Shown: positions 44,198 to 56,188, counted from the stretch's first letter. The stretch: 64,000 nucleotides of DNA from Acidimicrobiia bacterium (GCA_046331095.1 JAXLRM010000004.1:132316-196315), one strand, 5' to 3'. A program made the numbers and translations. Notes: generated from the sequence alone by a model not told the origin.

Positions 44198-45044
44198 TGC
44201 CCCGCTCGCCGTAGTCGCCGAAGGGACGGTCGCGTTCGCGCACCGCGTCGCGCCACCCGACCTCTTGGGCGCGGGTGACGAAGTCGAGGCCCTCCTGGGT
44301 GTGGCGTGCGACGCCGTCGAAGATGAACCCGAGGAGTCGGCTCGTGTCGGGCTGGTACTGGTGGCGGGCGACGTCGTTGAGTGCCCACTTCATCATCTGG
44401 AGCTGGTTGAGCGGCAGGCGCGCCATGCGGGCGGCGAGCGACCGGGTGTGCCCGTCGAGATCGGGATCGGGGACGCACTCGAGGACCATGCCCGCCGCGG
44501 CCGCCTCGGCTGCGGTGAGCTCGTCGCCGGTGAAGAGGTAGCGCTTGGCGCGTTCGAGGCCGAGGCGCGCCACCCACAACCACGGCGCCTCGGGGATGCC
44601 CCACACGCGTGCGGGCGGGTAGCCGAAGCGTGCGGACTCGCCGGCAACGATGACGTCGGCGTTGAGGACCATGTCGGTTCCGCCGGCGATGCACCATCCG
44701 TGCACGGCTGCCACCGTCGGTTTCGAGATCGTGTGGAGCTTGGCGAAGGTGTTGCCGAAGCGGCCGATCATGCGAACGTCGCCGACGCTGTCCCAGGCTC
44801 TGCCGGCGCCGCCTTCGAGGGTTGCCTGCGAGACCGTGGACCAGTCGAGACCGAAGCCGGCGCAGAACGCGCGGCCCTCGGCGCGCAGGAGCACCACGCG
44901 GACGCTGTCGTCGACGTCGGCACTCTCGAGGGCGGCGTCGAGCTCGTCGCGCAGCGCCGGCGTGATCGTGTTGAGCTCCGCCGGTCTGCACAGGACCAAG
45001 TGGCGCACACCGTCGTCGTCCTCGACGCGGAGCGCCTCGCCCAC
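44184..45044 (-). CDS. Enoyl-CoA hydratase/isomerase (crotonase) family protein
   Basis: 286 aa. VVLLRAEGRAFCAGFGLD and AAVHGWCIAGGTDMVLNADVIVA are crotonase-fold motifs. Confidence 0.8.
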   Translation of the reverse strand: MGEALRVEDDDGVRHLVLCRPAELNTITPALRDELDAALESADVDDSVRVVLLRAEGRAFCAGFGLDWSTVSQATLEGGAGRAWDSVGDVRMIGRFGNTFAKLHTISKPTVAAVHGWCIAGGTDMVLNADVIVAGESARFGYPPARVWGIPEAPWLWVARLGLERAKRYLFTGDELTAAEAAAAGMVLECVPDPDLDGHTRSLAARMARLPLNQLQMMKWALNDVARHQYQPDTSRLLGFIFDGVARHTQEGLDFVTRAQEVGWRDAVRERDRPFGDYGERGRQET

Positions 45045-45046
45045 CG

Positions 45047-45817
45047 TCAGACCCCGGTGCCGTGGCGGCCGGCGCCTCCGGCGAAGCGGGCCGCGCCGGC
45101 GAGGGTCTCACCCGAACGGATCGGCACCAGGCCGTGGCGGGTCTCGTTCGCGAGCGCGTCGCTCAACCCGAGGTCCCACTGCTCGTACGACGACGTCCGG
45201 TCCGCGCGCAGGCACTCCTGCGGGAATGCGGACAGCGCCGCGGCGAGCTCGAGCGCGGTGGCGAGCGCGCGGCCGGGGCCGCACGTGCGGTTGGCGAGGC
45301 CCCAGTCCGCCGCCTCACGACCCGAGACCCCGCGGCCGGTGAGGATCATGTCGAGCGCACGGCTGTGGCCGACGAGGCGGGGCAGGCGTACGGTGCCGCC
45401 GTCGACGAGGGGGACCCCCCAGCGGCGGCAGTAGACACCGAAGACCGCGTCGGTCGCCGCCACCCGCAGGTCGCACCAGAGGGCGAGCTCGAGGCCGCCC
45501 GCGACGGCGTGGCCCTCGACCGCGGCGATCACGGGCTTGGCGAGCAGCATCCGCGTACACCCCATCGGCCCGGGCAGGTCGACGTCGGCGTCCACGCGGT
45601 TGCCGTTGCCCTCGCTGATCGCCTTGAGGTCCGCTCCGGAGCAGAACGTCCCGGCGGCGCCGGTGAGAACCGCGACGTCGAGGCCGGCGTCGGCGTCGAA
45701 GTCCGCGAAGGCGTCGTGGAGGGCCGCCGCAGTGGGTCCGTCGACGGCGTTGCGCCGTTGCGGGCGGTCGATCGTGACGGCGAGCGTGCGACCGTGGGTC
45801 TCGGTACGGACGGCCAA
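45047..45817 (-). CDS. Enoyl-CoA hydratase/isomerase family protein
   Basis: 256 aa from TTG 45817, with GGAG 6 nt upstream. VAVLTGAAGTFCSGADLK and AAVEGHAVAGGLELALWCDLRVA carry the catalytic Glu context. Confidence 0.8.
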   Translation of the reverse strand: MAVRTETHGRTLAVTIDRPQRRNAVDGPTAAALHDAFADFDADAGLDVAVLTGAAGTFCSGADLKAISEGNGNRVDADVDLPGPMGCTRMLLAKPVIAAVEGHAVAGGLELALWCDLRVAATDAVFGVYCRRWGVPLVDGGTVRLPRLVGHSRALDMILTGRGVSGREAADWGLANRTCGPGRALATALELAAALSAFPQECLRADRTSSYEQWDLGLSDALANETRHGLVPIRSGETLAGAARFAGGAGRHGTGV

Positions 45818-45862
45818 TCTCGCTCCACTGTCGCGGCCCGGGCCTCGGTTCGGCAACAGGTC

Positions 45863-45906
45863 CCCGGATCGGCACTCAGGCCGGCCCGGATCGGCACTCA
45901 GGCTGG
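45863..45906. repeat. 22-bp tandem direct repeat x2 in a divergent promoter region
   Basis: CCCGGATCGGCACTCAGGC occurs at 45863-45881 and 45885-45903 as perfect 19-mers. It is followed by the inverted repeat CTGGCG-N5-CGCCAG (45903-45919). Confidence 0.8.
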
Positions 45907-45984
45907 CGTGTCGCGCCAGCGTACCGGTTGGGGTGTGGACCCAGGTAGCGTTGCAGCCACGCGGCGGGCTTCGCGACGGGACCG

Positions 45985-47172
45985 GTGGTGGTGGCAGGCC
46001 AGCAGACCAAGACGTCCGGGGATGCACACGCGGTCGCCGCACCCACGGGCCGGGACCGCTTCATCGACTTCACGCGGGCGTTCAGCCTCCTCGTCGTCGT
46101 GCTCTGGCACTGGGGGTTCACCCTGTTGATCCTCTCCCCGGACGGTCCGCACGCGTCGAACCCGATCGGCTTCGTCAGCGGCCTGTGGATCGCGACGTGG
46201 CTGCTGCAGGTCATGCCGCTGTTCTTCTTCGTCGGCGGGTACGCCCACATGCTCGTGTGGCACAAGATCCGCGAGAACGGTGGCGGGTACTGGACCTTCG
46301 TTGCCGGACGCCTCAAGCGGTTGCTCGTCCCCGTCGCGCTCTTCCTCGCCGTGATGGTGGCGCTGGGCGTGCTCATCGGCCTGGTGTTCCCACCGTGGGC
46401 CGCGTGGGCGCGCTCGGGCATCTTCCTCATCGCGAGCCCGCTGTGGTTCATCGCCGTCTACGTCGTGCTCGTGTTCCTCGCCCCGCCCCTGGTGGCGCTG
46501 CACGACCGGTTCGGCCCCCTCGTCGTCGTGTTCCTCGTCGGCCTCGCCGGCCTCGCGGACATCGGCCGGTTCCACGGCCACATGCCCTACCTCGGCCTCG
46601 CGAACCTCGTCCTCGTCTGGGGCTGCTGCCACCAGTTCGGCTTCTTCTACGGACGCCTGGCGGAAGCTCCGCGCCAGACGTACTGGACCTTCTTCTGGGC
46701 GGGCCTGTTCGGACTGGTCGCGCTCACCAACACCGGCCTCTACCCCCGCTCGATGGTCGGTGTCCCCGGCGAGCAGATCTCCAACATGGGCCCGCCGACG
46801 TTGTGCATCCTCGCCCTGTGCGTCTTCCAGATCGGGGTCGCGATGCTGGTGCGCCCCTGGGTGCTCCGCAAGCTCGAGGAGCCACGCTGGAAGCGGTTCT
46901 CCGACGCCGCCAACAGGTTCTCGATGCCGCTGTTCCTCTGGCACACCACCGGCTACGCGATCGCGTTCGGGCTGCTCTGGCTGGTGGGACTGCACCCTCC
47001 GCAGGAGCCCACGTGGCAGTGGTGGCTGTTGCGGCCGCTGTATGTCGGCGCGGCCCTGGTCGTGACGATCCCGCTCATCCTCGCATCCGGCAAGCGCTGG
47101 ACCCACCGCCAGCGCGCCCGCCCGGTGCAGCCGCGGCCGGCCTTCGCCCGCGACGCCGCCGGACGCTGGTGA
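45985..47172 (+). CDS. Acyltransferase family 3 integral membrane protein
   Basis: 395 aa. RFIDFTRAFSLLVVVLWHW, MPLFFFVGGY and FSMPLFLWHTTGY are typical of the family. It is a paralogue of 12906..14219. Confidence 0.7.
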   Translation: MVVAGQQTKTSGDAHAVAAPTGRDRFIDFTRAFSLLVVVLWHWGFTLLILSPDGPHASNPIGFVSGLWIATWLLQVMPLFFFVGGYAHMLVWHKIRENGGGYWTFVAGRLKRLLVPVALFLAVMVALGVLIGLVFPPWAAWARSGIFLIASPLWFIAVYVVLVFLAPPLVALHDRFGPLVVVFLVGLAGLADIGRFHGHMPYLGLANLVLVWGCCHQFGFFYGRLAEAPRQTYWTFFWAGLFGLVALTNTGLYPRSMVGVPGEQISNMGPPTLCILALCVFQIGVAMLVRPWVLRKLEEPRWKRFSDAANRFSMPLFLWHTTGYAIAFGLLWLVGLHPPQEPTWQWWLLRPLYVGAALVVTIPLILASGKRWTHRQRARPVQPRPAFARDAAGRW

Positions 47173-47190
47173 GCCCAGCGGGCGCGGCGC

Positions 47191-47946
47191 TCAGATCCCG
47201 GCGTTGAGAACCACCCACGCTGCCGCGTATGCGATCGAGTTCGTGGCCATGTGGGCCAGCATCGACGCGACCAGCGAGTCCGCACGCAGGCGGATCCAGC
47301 AGAAGACGACCCCGGCGATCGCCGTGGACAGGACAGCGAAGACGACCGCGAACACGAGCCCCACGAGCGAACCGGTCGTGATGAGCTTCACCTGCTCGTT
47401 GGCGGTCGCGGCGCCGTAGCCGGGGATCACGTGCCACAGGCCGAACAGCAACGACGACCACGTGACCGCCCACGGCGTCGGCACGTGGCGGCGCAGCAGG
47501 CCCAGAAGGACACCCCGGAAGGCAACCTCCTCGAGGACCACGGTCCCCCAGGGGATGCGCACGAACACGTGGTACAGCATCAGCACGACGGACGCGTCCC
47601 CGACACGGTCGTCGCTGAAGAAGTCGCGCGTCCACGGGATCAGGACGCCGATCGCGACGACCACGAGCACGACGGCTACGACGACGAAGCCGACGCGCAG
47701 GCCGTCGCGGTCCTGTGCCCGCGACATGCCCAGCTCCCGCCACGACACGCCGTCGCGGTGCGCGAGCCACAGGAGCAGGCCGGCAGCGCCGAGGTTCGCG
47801 GGGACGTACATCCACAGCGGCAACCACAGGTTCGCGACGACGTTGTACGCGACGATGACGGCGACGACGTGCCACACGGCACGTCGGTCGTGGGGCGCCA
47901 CCTCCGGGGGTGGGGGAGGGCGGCGAAGCGGGTCGAGCAGGGCCAC
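47191..47946 (-). CDS. CPBP-family intramembrane glutamic endopeptidase (CAAX protease-like)
   Basis: VLEEVAFRGVL (EExxxR), LFGLWH (FxxxH) and MLAHMATNS (HxxxN) are the family motifs. The start is set at GTG 47946 so that the hairpin repeat at 47973-48020 stays intergenic. The track ORF extends to 48036. Confidence 0.7.
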   Translation of the reverse strand: MALLDPLRRPPPPPEVAPHDRRAVWHVVAVIVAYNVVANLWLPLWMYVPANLGAAGLLLWLAHRDGVSWRELGMSRAQDRDGLRVGFVVVAVVLVVVAIGVLIPWTRDFFSDDRVGDASVVLMLYHVFVRIPWGTVVLEEVAFRGVLLGLLRRHVPTPWAVTWSSLLFGLWHVIPGYGAATANEQVKLITTGSLVGLVFAVVFAVLSTAIAGVVFCWIRLRADSLVASMLAHMATNSIAYAAAWVVLNAGI

Positions 47947-47972
47947 GGAGCCGCCAGCGTACCGGCCGGGGT

Positions 47973-48020
47973 GACGTGCGCGCGTGGGTGACCAGGGGGT
48001 GGTGCGTGACGCGCGCACGT
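47973..48020. repeat. Hairpin repeat family 2, copy 1
   Basis: GACGTGCGCGCGTGGGTGACCAGGGGGTGGTGCGTGACGCGCGCACGT has 12-bp perfect arms, ACGTGCGCGCGT/ACGCGCGCACGT. It is near-identical to 63757-63804. Confidence 0.85.
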
Positions 48021-48036
48021 ACCCTCGGGACCGCAC

Positions 48037-49512
48037 ATGGACGACACCCGGCCGCCTCCGACGCCGCCCCAGCCTCCGGCGGCCGCGGCCCTCCTACCCG
48101 CCCTGGACCGGCCTCACGACGGTGAGGCGATCGCGTTCGGCGACGCGACGCTGAGCTACGGCGAACTGGCCCGGCTCGCGGGCTCCGTCGCCGCGCGGGT
48201 CGCGGGCATGGCTCGGGTGGCGGTGTGGGCGATGCCCGCCGCGGAGACGGCCGTGGCCGTGACGGGCGCGCTCGCTGCAGGGGTCGCGGCCGTCCCGCTG
48301 AACCCACGCGCGGGTGCCCGGGAGTGCAGCCACGTCCTCAACGACAGCGAACCCGACGCCGTCCTCGCCGCGGACGGCGCAGCGCTGCCCGAGGCGCTCG
48401 CCGGTGTGGAGCGCATCCCGGTTCGCCTCGACGACACCGGCACCGGGGCCATGCCGCTCCACCCCGATCCCGACGCCGCCGCGTTCGTCATGTACACCTC
48501 GGGAACGACGGGGCCGCCCAAGGGCGCCCTCGTCACGCGCCGTGCCGTGGCCGCCGACCTCGACGCGCTCGCCGCGGTCTGGGACTGGGGCCCCGACGAC
48601 GTCCTCGCGCACGCGCTGCCGCTCTTCCACGTGCACGGCCTGATCCTCGGGGTCCTCGGCCCGCTGCGCACGGGCGGCACGCTGCACCACGTCGGCCGGT
48701 TCACGGCGGAGGCAGTCGCCGCCGAGCTCGCGTCCGGGGCGACGATGCTCTTCGGCGTCCCGACGATGTACCACCGCCTCGCCGCGGCAGCCACGAGCGA
48801 CCGCGGCGTCGCGGCGGCCCTCGCCCGCGCGCGTCTGCTCGTGTCGGGCTCGGCGGGACTCGGCCGCGGCGACCACGAGCGCATCCGCGAGGTCAGCGGT
48901 CGCGGTGTGGTCGAACGCTACGGAATGACCGAGACCCTCATCACGTGTGCGGTACCCGCAGCCGACCCCGACGCCGAGGGGACCGTCGGGCCGCCGTTGC
49001 CGGGTGTCGACCTGCGCCTCGTCGACGACAGCGGCGAAGTCGTCGACTCCGCCGGCGAGGTGGGCGAGATCCAGGTCCGTGGCGACGTCCTCTACGACGG
49101 TTACCTGAACCGCCCGGACGCGACCGCGGCGGCGACGACCCCCGACGGGTGGTTCCGCACGGGAGACGCGGCGACACGCAGATCCGACGGCTACGTGTCG
49201 ATCGTCGGGCGGCGCGCCACCGACCTGATCAAGTCCGGCGGGTTCAAGATCGGCGCCGGCGAGATCGAGGACGTGCTCCTCGAACACCCCGGTGTCGCCG
49301 AGGCGGCGGTCACGGGCGTGGCGGACGCCGATCTCGGCGAGCGTGTCGAGGCATGGGTCGTGACGACCCCGGGCCACGGCGCGGACCTCTCCGATCTCGC
49401 CGGCCTCGTGGCGGCGCAGCTCGCCCCGCACAAGCGACCGCGTGCCATCCACCGGGTCGAGAGCCTCCCACGCAACGAGATGGGCAAGGTCCTCAAGGGC
49501 GAGCTGGGTTAG
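48037..49512 (+). CDS. AMP-dependent acyl-CoA synthetase/ligase
   Basis: 491 aa. MYTSGTTGPPKG is the AMP-binding motif. YGMTE, TGD and GGFKIG are also present, with a C-terminal Lys context. Confidence 0.85.
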   Translation: MDDTRPPPTPPQPPAAAALLPALDRPHDGEAIAFGDATLSYGELARLAGSVAARVAGMARVAVWAMPAAETAVAVTGALAAGVAAVPLNPRAGARECSHVLNDSEPDAVLAADGAALPEALAGVERIPVRLDDTGTGAMPLHPDPDAAAFVMYTSGTTGPPKGALVTRRAVAADLDALAAVWDWGPDDVLAHALPLFHVHGLILGVLGPLRTGGTLHHVGRFTAEAVAAELASGATMLFGVPTMYHRLAAAATSDRGVAAALARARLLVSGSAGLGRGDHERIREVSGRGVVERYGMTETLITCAVPAADPDAEGTVGPPLPGVDLRLVDDSGEVVDSAGEVGEIQVRGDVLYDGYLNRPDATAAATTPDGWFRTGDAATRRSDGYVSIVGRRATDLIKSGGFKIGAGEIEDVLLEHPGVAEAAVTGVADADLGERVEAWVVTTPGHGADLSDLAGLVAAQLAPHKRPRAIHRVESLPRNEMGKVLKGELG

Positions 49513-49526
49513 GGCTTCGCGAGTGT

Positions 49527-49546
49527 GAGGCTGATCTGGCAGCCTC
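49527..49546 (+). terminator. Hairpin after the acyl-CoA synthetase gene (GAGGCTG-ATCTGG-CAGCCTC)
   Basis: It starts 15 nt after the TAG at 49510-49512. The stem extends to about 10 bp with one mismatch. There is no U-tract. Confidence 0.35.
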
Positions 49547-49585
49547 GCAGCCACGGACGTCGGGCGACGCCGGGGACGGGGGACC

Positions 49586-50350
49586 ATGGAACTGGCAGGC
49601 AAGCGAGTGCTCCTCACAGGCGCGAGTGGCGGGCTGGGCCACGCGTTCGCGCGCGAGTTCCACGACGCCGGGGCGCAACTCGTGCTCCACGGCCGCCGCG
49701 AGCCGCTACTGCGTGGCCTCGCCGAGGAGCTCGGTGCGGAGGTGATCGTCGGCGACCTCGCCGACCGCTCCCAACTCGACGACCTCATGGAGTCCACCGC
49801 CGACGTCGACGTCGTCGTCGCCAACGCCGGTCTCGGTGGATCGGGAAGTGTGCACGAGCTCGACGAAGCCACGATCGACGCCGTCCTCGACGTCAACCTG
49901 CGCGCCCCGATCCAGATGGGCCGCTTCTACGGCGCCCGGATGGCGCAGCGGGGCTCGGGTCATCTCGTGTTCGTCGGATCGCTCGCGGCCAAGGTCACCA
50001 ACGCGGGCGCCGAGCTGTACTCGGCGACCAAGGCAGGACTGCGCATCTTCGCGTTCGGGCTGCGGGACTCGCTGGCGGGGACAGGCGTCGGCGTGACGGT
50101 GGTGCTGCCGGGATTCGTCTCCGAGGCCGGGATGTTCGTCGAGGGCGGCGGGTCGGTGCCCGCCTACGTGGGCATGGTCACGCCGGCACAGGTCGCCGTG
50201 GCCACCCGCAAGGGCATCGAGGACGGCAGCGTCGAGGTGATCTCGGCGTCGCTGCCGGTCCGTGTGGGGAGCCAGGCCGCCCTCGTGGCACCCCGGGTGG
50301 CGTCGTTCGTGGCGACGCGAACCCCGTTGGGCCGCCTCACCAAGGACTGA
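49586..50350 (+). CDS. SDR-family oxidoreductase
   Basis: 254 aa. VLLTGASGGLGHAFA is the cofactor-binding motif and YSATKAG is the YxxxK catalytic motif. Confidence 0.85.
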   Translation: MELAGKRVLLTGASGGLGHAFAREFHDAGAQLVLHGRREPLLRGLAEELGAEVIVGDLADRSQLDDLMESTADVDVVVANAGLGGSGSVHELDEATIDAVLDVNLRAPIQMGRFYGARMAQRGSGHLVFVGSLAAKVTNAGAELYSATKAGLRIFAFGLRDSLAGTGVGVTVVLPGFVSEAGMFVEGGGSVPAYVGMVTPAQVAVATRKGIEDGSVEVISASLPVRVGSQAALVAPRVASFVATRTPLGRLTKD

Positions 50351-50369
50351 GCGACCGGCGTCGGGGCGC

Positions 50370-51233
50370 TCAGGTGGCCCGCGTGAAGACCACCTGCATG
50401 GCGTCGGAGTTGTCGCGCAGGGTGAGGACGTCGCCGCGGATGTCGAAGGTGGTGGCGGCCTGAAGGCCGGTGAAGTAGTGCTGTTCGAGGGTGTTGACCT
50501 CTGCGCTGCAGCCCATCTCGGTGGCCGTGAGGCCGGTGATCGAGATCGTGCCCGGGCCCTCGGTGAAGGCGGCGGTGAACGTGTTGCAACCGCCCGAGCC
50601 GCTCACCTTGGCGTCGGCCGAGAACTCGGCGGTCAGGTGGGTGGTCAGGTCGGTGCCGACGACGGCGGAGCCGGTGTTGACCCCGGTCGCGGTCCAGCGC
50701 GTGCCGGCGAGATCGGCCTTGGCGCGGGTGTACTCCAAGAGAGTCGCGCCGCCACCGTCACGGAGGACGAGGTGGTCGCCGTCGACACCGGCGGACGCCA
50801 CCTTGGGCAGGCTCTCGAGCACGGCGCGCTCCTGGGCTTGCGTGGCGGGATCGGCGCACGCCATCTGGGTCATGGGGCCGAGTGAGATCGTCAGCGCCGT
50901 CCCCGCCGCGTTGTAGGTGCCGCTGAAGTTGTTGCACCCCGTCGTCCCGTCGAGGGCCCCGGCGGCAGCGAACCTGAGCGTGGCCGGCGACCCACCGGCA
51001 GCCGCCGTCGCGGTTCCTCCCGCCCCCGTGTACGACGCGAGCGTCCACGAGCCTTCGAGCGAGCCCGCTCCGGTGTGGTCCATTGCTCCTCCGGCGGCGG
51101 CGGTCGTCGTGGTGTCCGTGCCGGAGCCCGTGCCCGAGCGGGCTCCGCACCCGGACAGGACGAGCGCCGACACCGAAGCGAGCGCGACGAGCAGACGGGC
51201 GGGGCGGGGCAGGTGTCGGAGCATGGACGCCAA
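50370..51233 (-). CDS. META-domain (HslJ-like) lipoprotein, two META repeats
   Basis: The lipobox is LSGC. The motif occurs twice: GCNNFSGTY...MTQMAC and GCNTFTAAF...ATEMGC. Confidence 0.75.
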   Translation of the reverse strand: MASMLRHLPRPARLLVALASVSALVLSGCGARSGTGSGTDTTTTAAAGGAMDHTGAGSLEGSWTLASYTGAGGTATAAAGGSPATLRFAAAGALDGTTGCNNFSGTYNAAGTALTISLGPMTQMACADPATQAQERAVLESLPKVASAGVDGDHLVLRDGGGATLLEYTRAKADLAGTRWTATGVNTGSAVVGTDLTTHLTAEFSADAKVSGSGGCNTFTAAFTEGPGTISITGLTATEMGCSAEVNTLEQHYFTGLQAATTFDIRGDVLTLRDNSDAMQVVFTRAT

Positions 51234-51273
51234 TGGTGGCCTCGGCGTCGCCCGGGGGTCAACGACCCTGGCC

Positions 51274-52479
51274 TCAGGCGACGGCGCCGACCCGGCCGAG
51301 GAAGCTCCTCAGTGCGGCGCGGTACTCGCGCCGGTTCAGGTGGAGCTGGTGCGCGCCGGTGTGCCAGAACATCTCGGGCTCACCCCAGTGCTCCCACAGG
51401 AGTCGCTGCTGGTAGGGGCGCGTGATGTGGTCCCCCACGGCGCCGACGACCATGAGGCGCTCGGGCGGCAGCTTCGGTGTGTGTTGCAGCGGCGTGTGCA
51501 CGGCCATGTGGCGACGCACGTCGTCGTGCCCCCAGCCGACGCGGGCGAGCAGGACCGGCAGGATCGGGCTCAGCGGCGCCAGGTCGAAGAAGAGGTCGGC
51601 CATCGACACCGCCGGCGAGACCGGGACCGCGAAGTCGAGGCGGTCGTCGATGCCGGGGAGCAGCGACGCCAGGTAGCCGCCGAGGCTGACTCCGGCGACG
51701 CCCACGGACGGGACACCCTGGGCGAGCAGGTGGCTCACGACGCTGCGCACGTCCCAGACCGAGTGCGCGATCGCCTCGGCCATGCGGCCGACGTCGAGGC
51801 CCAGGAAGCGCCAGCCGTCGACGGCCGCCGCACGCGCACCGTGGTAGGGCAGGACGAACTGGACCACGTCGAGGCCTGCTGCGAAGAGCCAGGGGATGTC
51901 GAACAGGACCGTGTTGAGCGCGTGCTGGCCCGCCTGGAAGCCGTGGATGCACACGATCGTGGGCCGCAGCTCGTCGGGGTGGCGCCACCAGCGTGCGTGC
52001 ACCGTGCGGTTCGCGACGTCTCGTCTGTAGGAGTCGCGCAGGGCGGGGTTGACGGGGTCGAAACGGCTCTCGAAGCTGAGGTCGGTGACCACGGTGCCCC
52101 TCGGGACACCGAGCGTGTGCTCGGGGTGCTTCTCGTCGAGGACCTCGGGCAGCGGCGGCCGTGGGAAGAACGAGTCGGGGTCGGCGAGGAGCTCGGGGCG
52201 GGCGTAGTAGCCCCAGTCCGAGCGGAGCCGGCCGGGGTTCCTGACGCCGAGCTTGATCGTCCGCGGCGAGCCGGCGAGGAGGAACCCGGCGAGTGGGACC
52301 ACCGTGGCGTGCTCGAACATCGTCGCAACGGTCTCGAGCCTGGGATCGGCGCCACGGGACGAGGTGGGCGACGGCACGAACGCGCGGGCCGCGTCGAGGT
52401 CGAGGCGGTCCCACCACTGCAGCGCGAGCTGCGGGGCCGGGCTCTGGGGTCGGGTCTGGGGTCGATCGGGTGTCGCCAT
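51274..52479 (-). CDS. Alpha/beta hydrolase
   Basis: 401 aa from ATG 52479, with a GGGAGG SD. The nucleophile elbow is GVSLGG and IVCIHGF is the oxyanion region. Confidence 0.7.
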   Translation of the reverse strand: MATPDRPQTRPQSPAPQLALQWWDRLDLDAARAFVPSPTSSRGADPRLETVATMFEHATVVPLAGFLLAGSPRTIKLGVRNPGRLRSDWGYYARPELLADPDSFFPRPPLPEVLDEKHPEHTLGVPRGTVVTDLSFESRFDPVNPALRDSYRRDVANRTVHARWWRHPDELRPTIVCIHGFQAGQHALNTVLFDIPWLFAAGLDVVQFVLPYHGARAAAVDGWRFLGLDVGRMAEAIAHSVWDVRSVVSHLLAQGVPSVGVAGVSLGGYLASLLPGIDDRLDFAVPVSPAVSMADLFFDLAPLSPILPVLLARVGWGHDDVRRHMAVHTPLQHTPKLPPERLMVVGAVGDHITRPYQQRLLWEHWGEPEMFWHTGAHQLHLNRREYRAALRSFLGRVGAVA

Positions 52480-52563
52480 GAGGCCTCCCGGGGCGGTCTG
52501 CAAGGGTACCGGGGCCGCCGCGGGCCGAGGGATTCGAGCGGCGCCCACCGAAGGAACGCAAAC

Positions 52564-52866
52564 GTGACCGACGAGACGACACCATGGGCCCGCCGTGGCG
52601 AAGACGCTTCGTGGCTGGTCGACCTGTGGGTGCAACCGGGCGCCGCCAGCACGGCAGTGTCGGGCACGCATGCGGGCAGGTTGAAGGTCCGGGTCGCGGT
52701 TCCGGCCGTGGACGGGCGCGCCAACACGGCACTGGAGCGCTACCTGGCGTCCCGCCTCGGCGTGCGGCCGCGCGACGTCCGGGTCGTCTCCGGCGCCCGG
52801 AGCCGGACCAAGACCGTCAGGGTGGAGGACCCAGGTGGTGTCGACCCTGGCAGACTCGCCCAATGA
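52564..52866 (+). CDS. DUF167 (YggU-like) family protein
   Basis: 100 aa from the tail of track ORF 50917..52866. [12 protein letters not shown]...[28 protein letters not shown]...[12 protein letters not shown] is the typical DUF167 pattern. Confidence 0.7.
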   Translation: MTDETTPWARRGEDASWLVDLWVQPGAASTAVSGTHAGRLKVRVAVPAVDGRANTALERYLASRLGVRPRDVRVVSGARSRTKTVRVEDPGGVDPGRLAQ

Positions 52867-54269
52867 CCGCCGACACGGGACCCACACGCATCGAGACCGA
52901 CTCGATGGGCGCGGTCGAGGTCCCCGCCGAACGGTACTGGGGGGCCCAGACCCAGCGGTCGCTGCGGAACTTCGCGATCGGCCACGACCGCGTGCCCGTC
53001 GAGGTCGTCCTCGCGCTCGTGCTGCTGAAGAAGGCGGCGGCGGAGGTGAATGCTGACCTCGGCCGGCTCGACGCCGAGCGGGCTGCCCTGATCGTGCAGG
53101 CGGCCGACGACGTCATCGAGGGCCGCATCGGCATCGATGAGTTCCCCGTCTCGGTGTGGCAGACCGGCTCGGGCACCCAGACGAACATGAACGTCAACGA
53201 GGTGATCGCGGGGCGGGCGAACGAGATCGCCACCGGCGGGCGCGGCAACGGCAAGGAGCCGGTGCATCCCAACGACCACGTCAACCTGAGCCAGTCGTCC
53301 AACGACACCTTTCCGACGGCGATGCACGTCGCGATCGCGTACCTCTGCGCCAACGAGCTCGTTCCCGGCCTCGAGCGCCTCGTCGTCGCGCTGGCGGCCA
53401 AGCGCGACGAGTTCGCCACGATCGTCAAGGTGGGCCGCACCCACCTCCAGGACGCCGTCCCGCTCACGCTCGGCCAGGAAGTGGGCGGCTGGGTGGCCCA
53501 GCTCGAGGACTCGCGCGCGCGGGTGGTCGGCGCGTCAGAGGGTGTTCGCGAGCTCGCGATCGGGGCGACAGCGGTCGGCACCGGGCTCAACAGCCATCCC
53601 GAGTTCGCCCCGCGGGTGGCTGCCCGGCTGTCCGAGCTCACCGGCCTCGCGCTGGTCCCGGCCCGCAATCCGTTCGCGGCACTGGCGGCCCACGACGCCG
53701 TCGTGGCGCTGTCGGCGGCCCTGCGCGGGCTCGCGATGGCGCTCATGAAGGTCGCGAACGACATCCGCTGGCTCGCGTCGGGACCGCGCTCGGGCCTCGG
53801 CGAGCTCGTCCTGCCGGCGAACGAGCCGGGCTCTTCGATCATGCCCGCCAAGGTGAACCCGACCCAGTGCGAAGCGCTCACGATGGTCTGCGTGCAGGTA
53901 TTCGGCAACGACGCGTCGGTGGCGTTCGCAGGTTCCCAGGGCAACTTCGAGCTCAACGTCTACAAGCCGCTTATCGCCTTCGACACCGTCGAGTCGCTGC
54001 GGCTCCTGGTCGACGCCATGGACTCGTTCCGCGTGCACCTCGTCGACGGGCTCGCTGCCGACGCGGGACGCATCCGCGACAACCTCGACCGTTCGCTGAT
54101 GCTCGTAACCGCGCTCACGCCCCACATCGGCTACGACAAGGCCGCCGAGATCGCCAAGGCTGCTCACGCCAACGGAACGACCCTGCGCGAGGAGGCCGCG
54201 CGCCTCGGCCACTGCACCCCCGCGGAGTTCGACGCCTGGGTCCGCCCCGCGGACATGACCCACCCGTGA
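52863..54269 (+). CDS. fumC: Class II fumarate hydratase
   Basis: 468 aa. [25 protein letters not shown] and [16 protein letters not shown] (signature) are present. It has an ATGA overlap with the DUF167 gene. Confidence 0.9.
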   Translation: MTADTGPTRIETDSMGAVEVPAERYWGAQTQRSLRNFAIGHDRVPVEVVLALVLLKKAAAEVNADLGRLDAERAALIVQAADDVIEGRIGIDEFPVSVWQTGSGTQTNMNVNEVIAGRANEIATGGRGNGKEPVHPNDHVNLSQSSNDTFPTAMHVAIAYLCANELVPGLERLVVALAAKRDEFATIVKVGRTHLQDAVPLTLGQEVGGWVAQLEDSRARVVGASEGVRELAIGATAVGTGLNSHPEFAPRVAARLSELTGLALVPARNPFAALAAHDAVVALSAALRGLAMALMKVANDIRWLASGPRSGLGELVLPANEPGSSIMPAKVNPTQCEALTMVCVQVFGNDASVAFAGSQGNFELNVYKPLIAFDTVESLRLLVDAMDSFRVHLVDGLAADAGRIRDNLDRSLMLVTALTPHIGYDKAAEIAKAAHANGTTLREEAARLGHCTPAEFDAWVRPADMTHP

Positions 54270-54307
54270 CGCCCGCACGTGGGGTCTGAAGCGCCTCTCG
54301 ATGGGGG

Positions 54308-56188
<1,881 letters not shown>

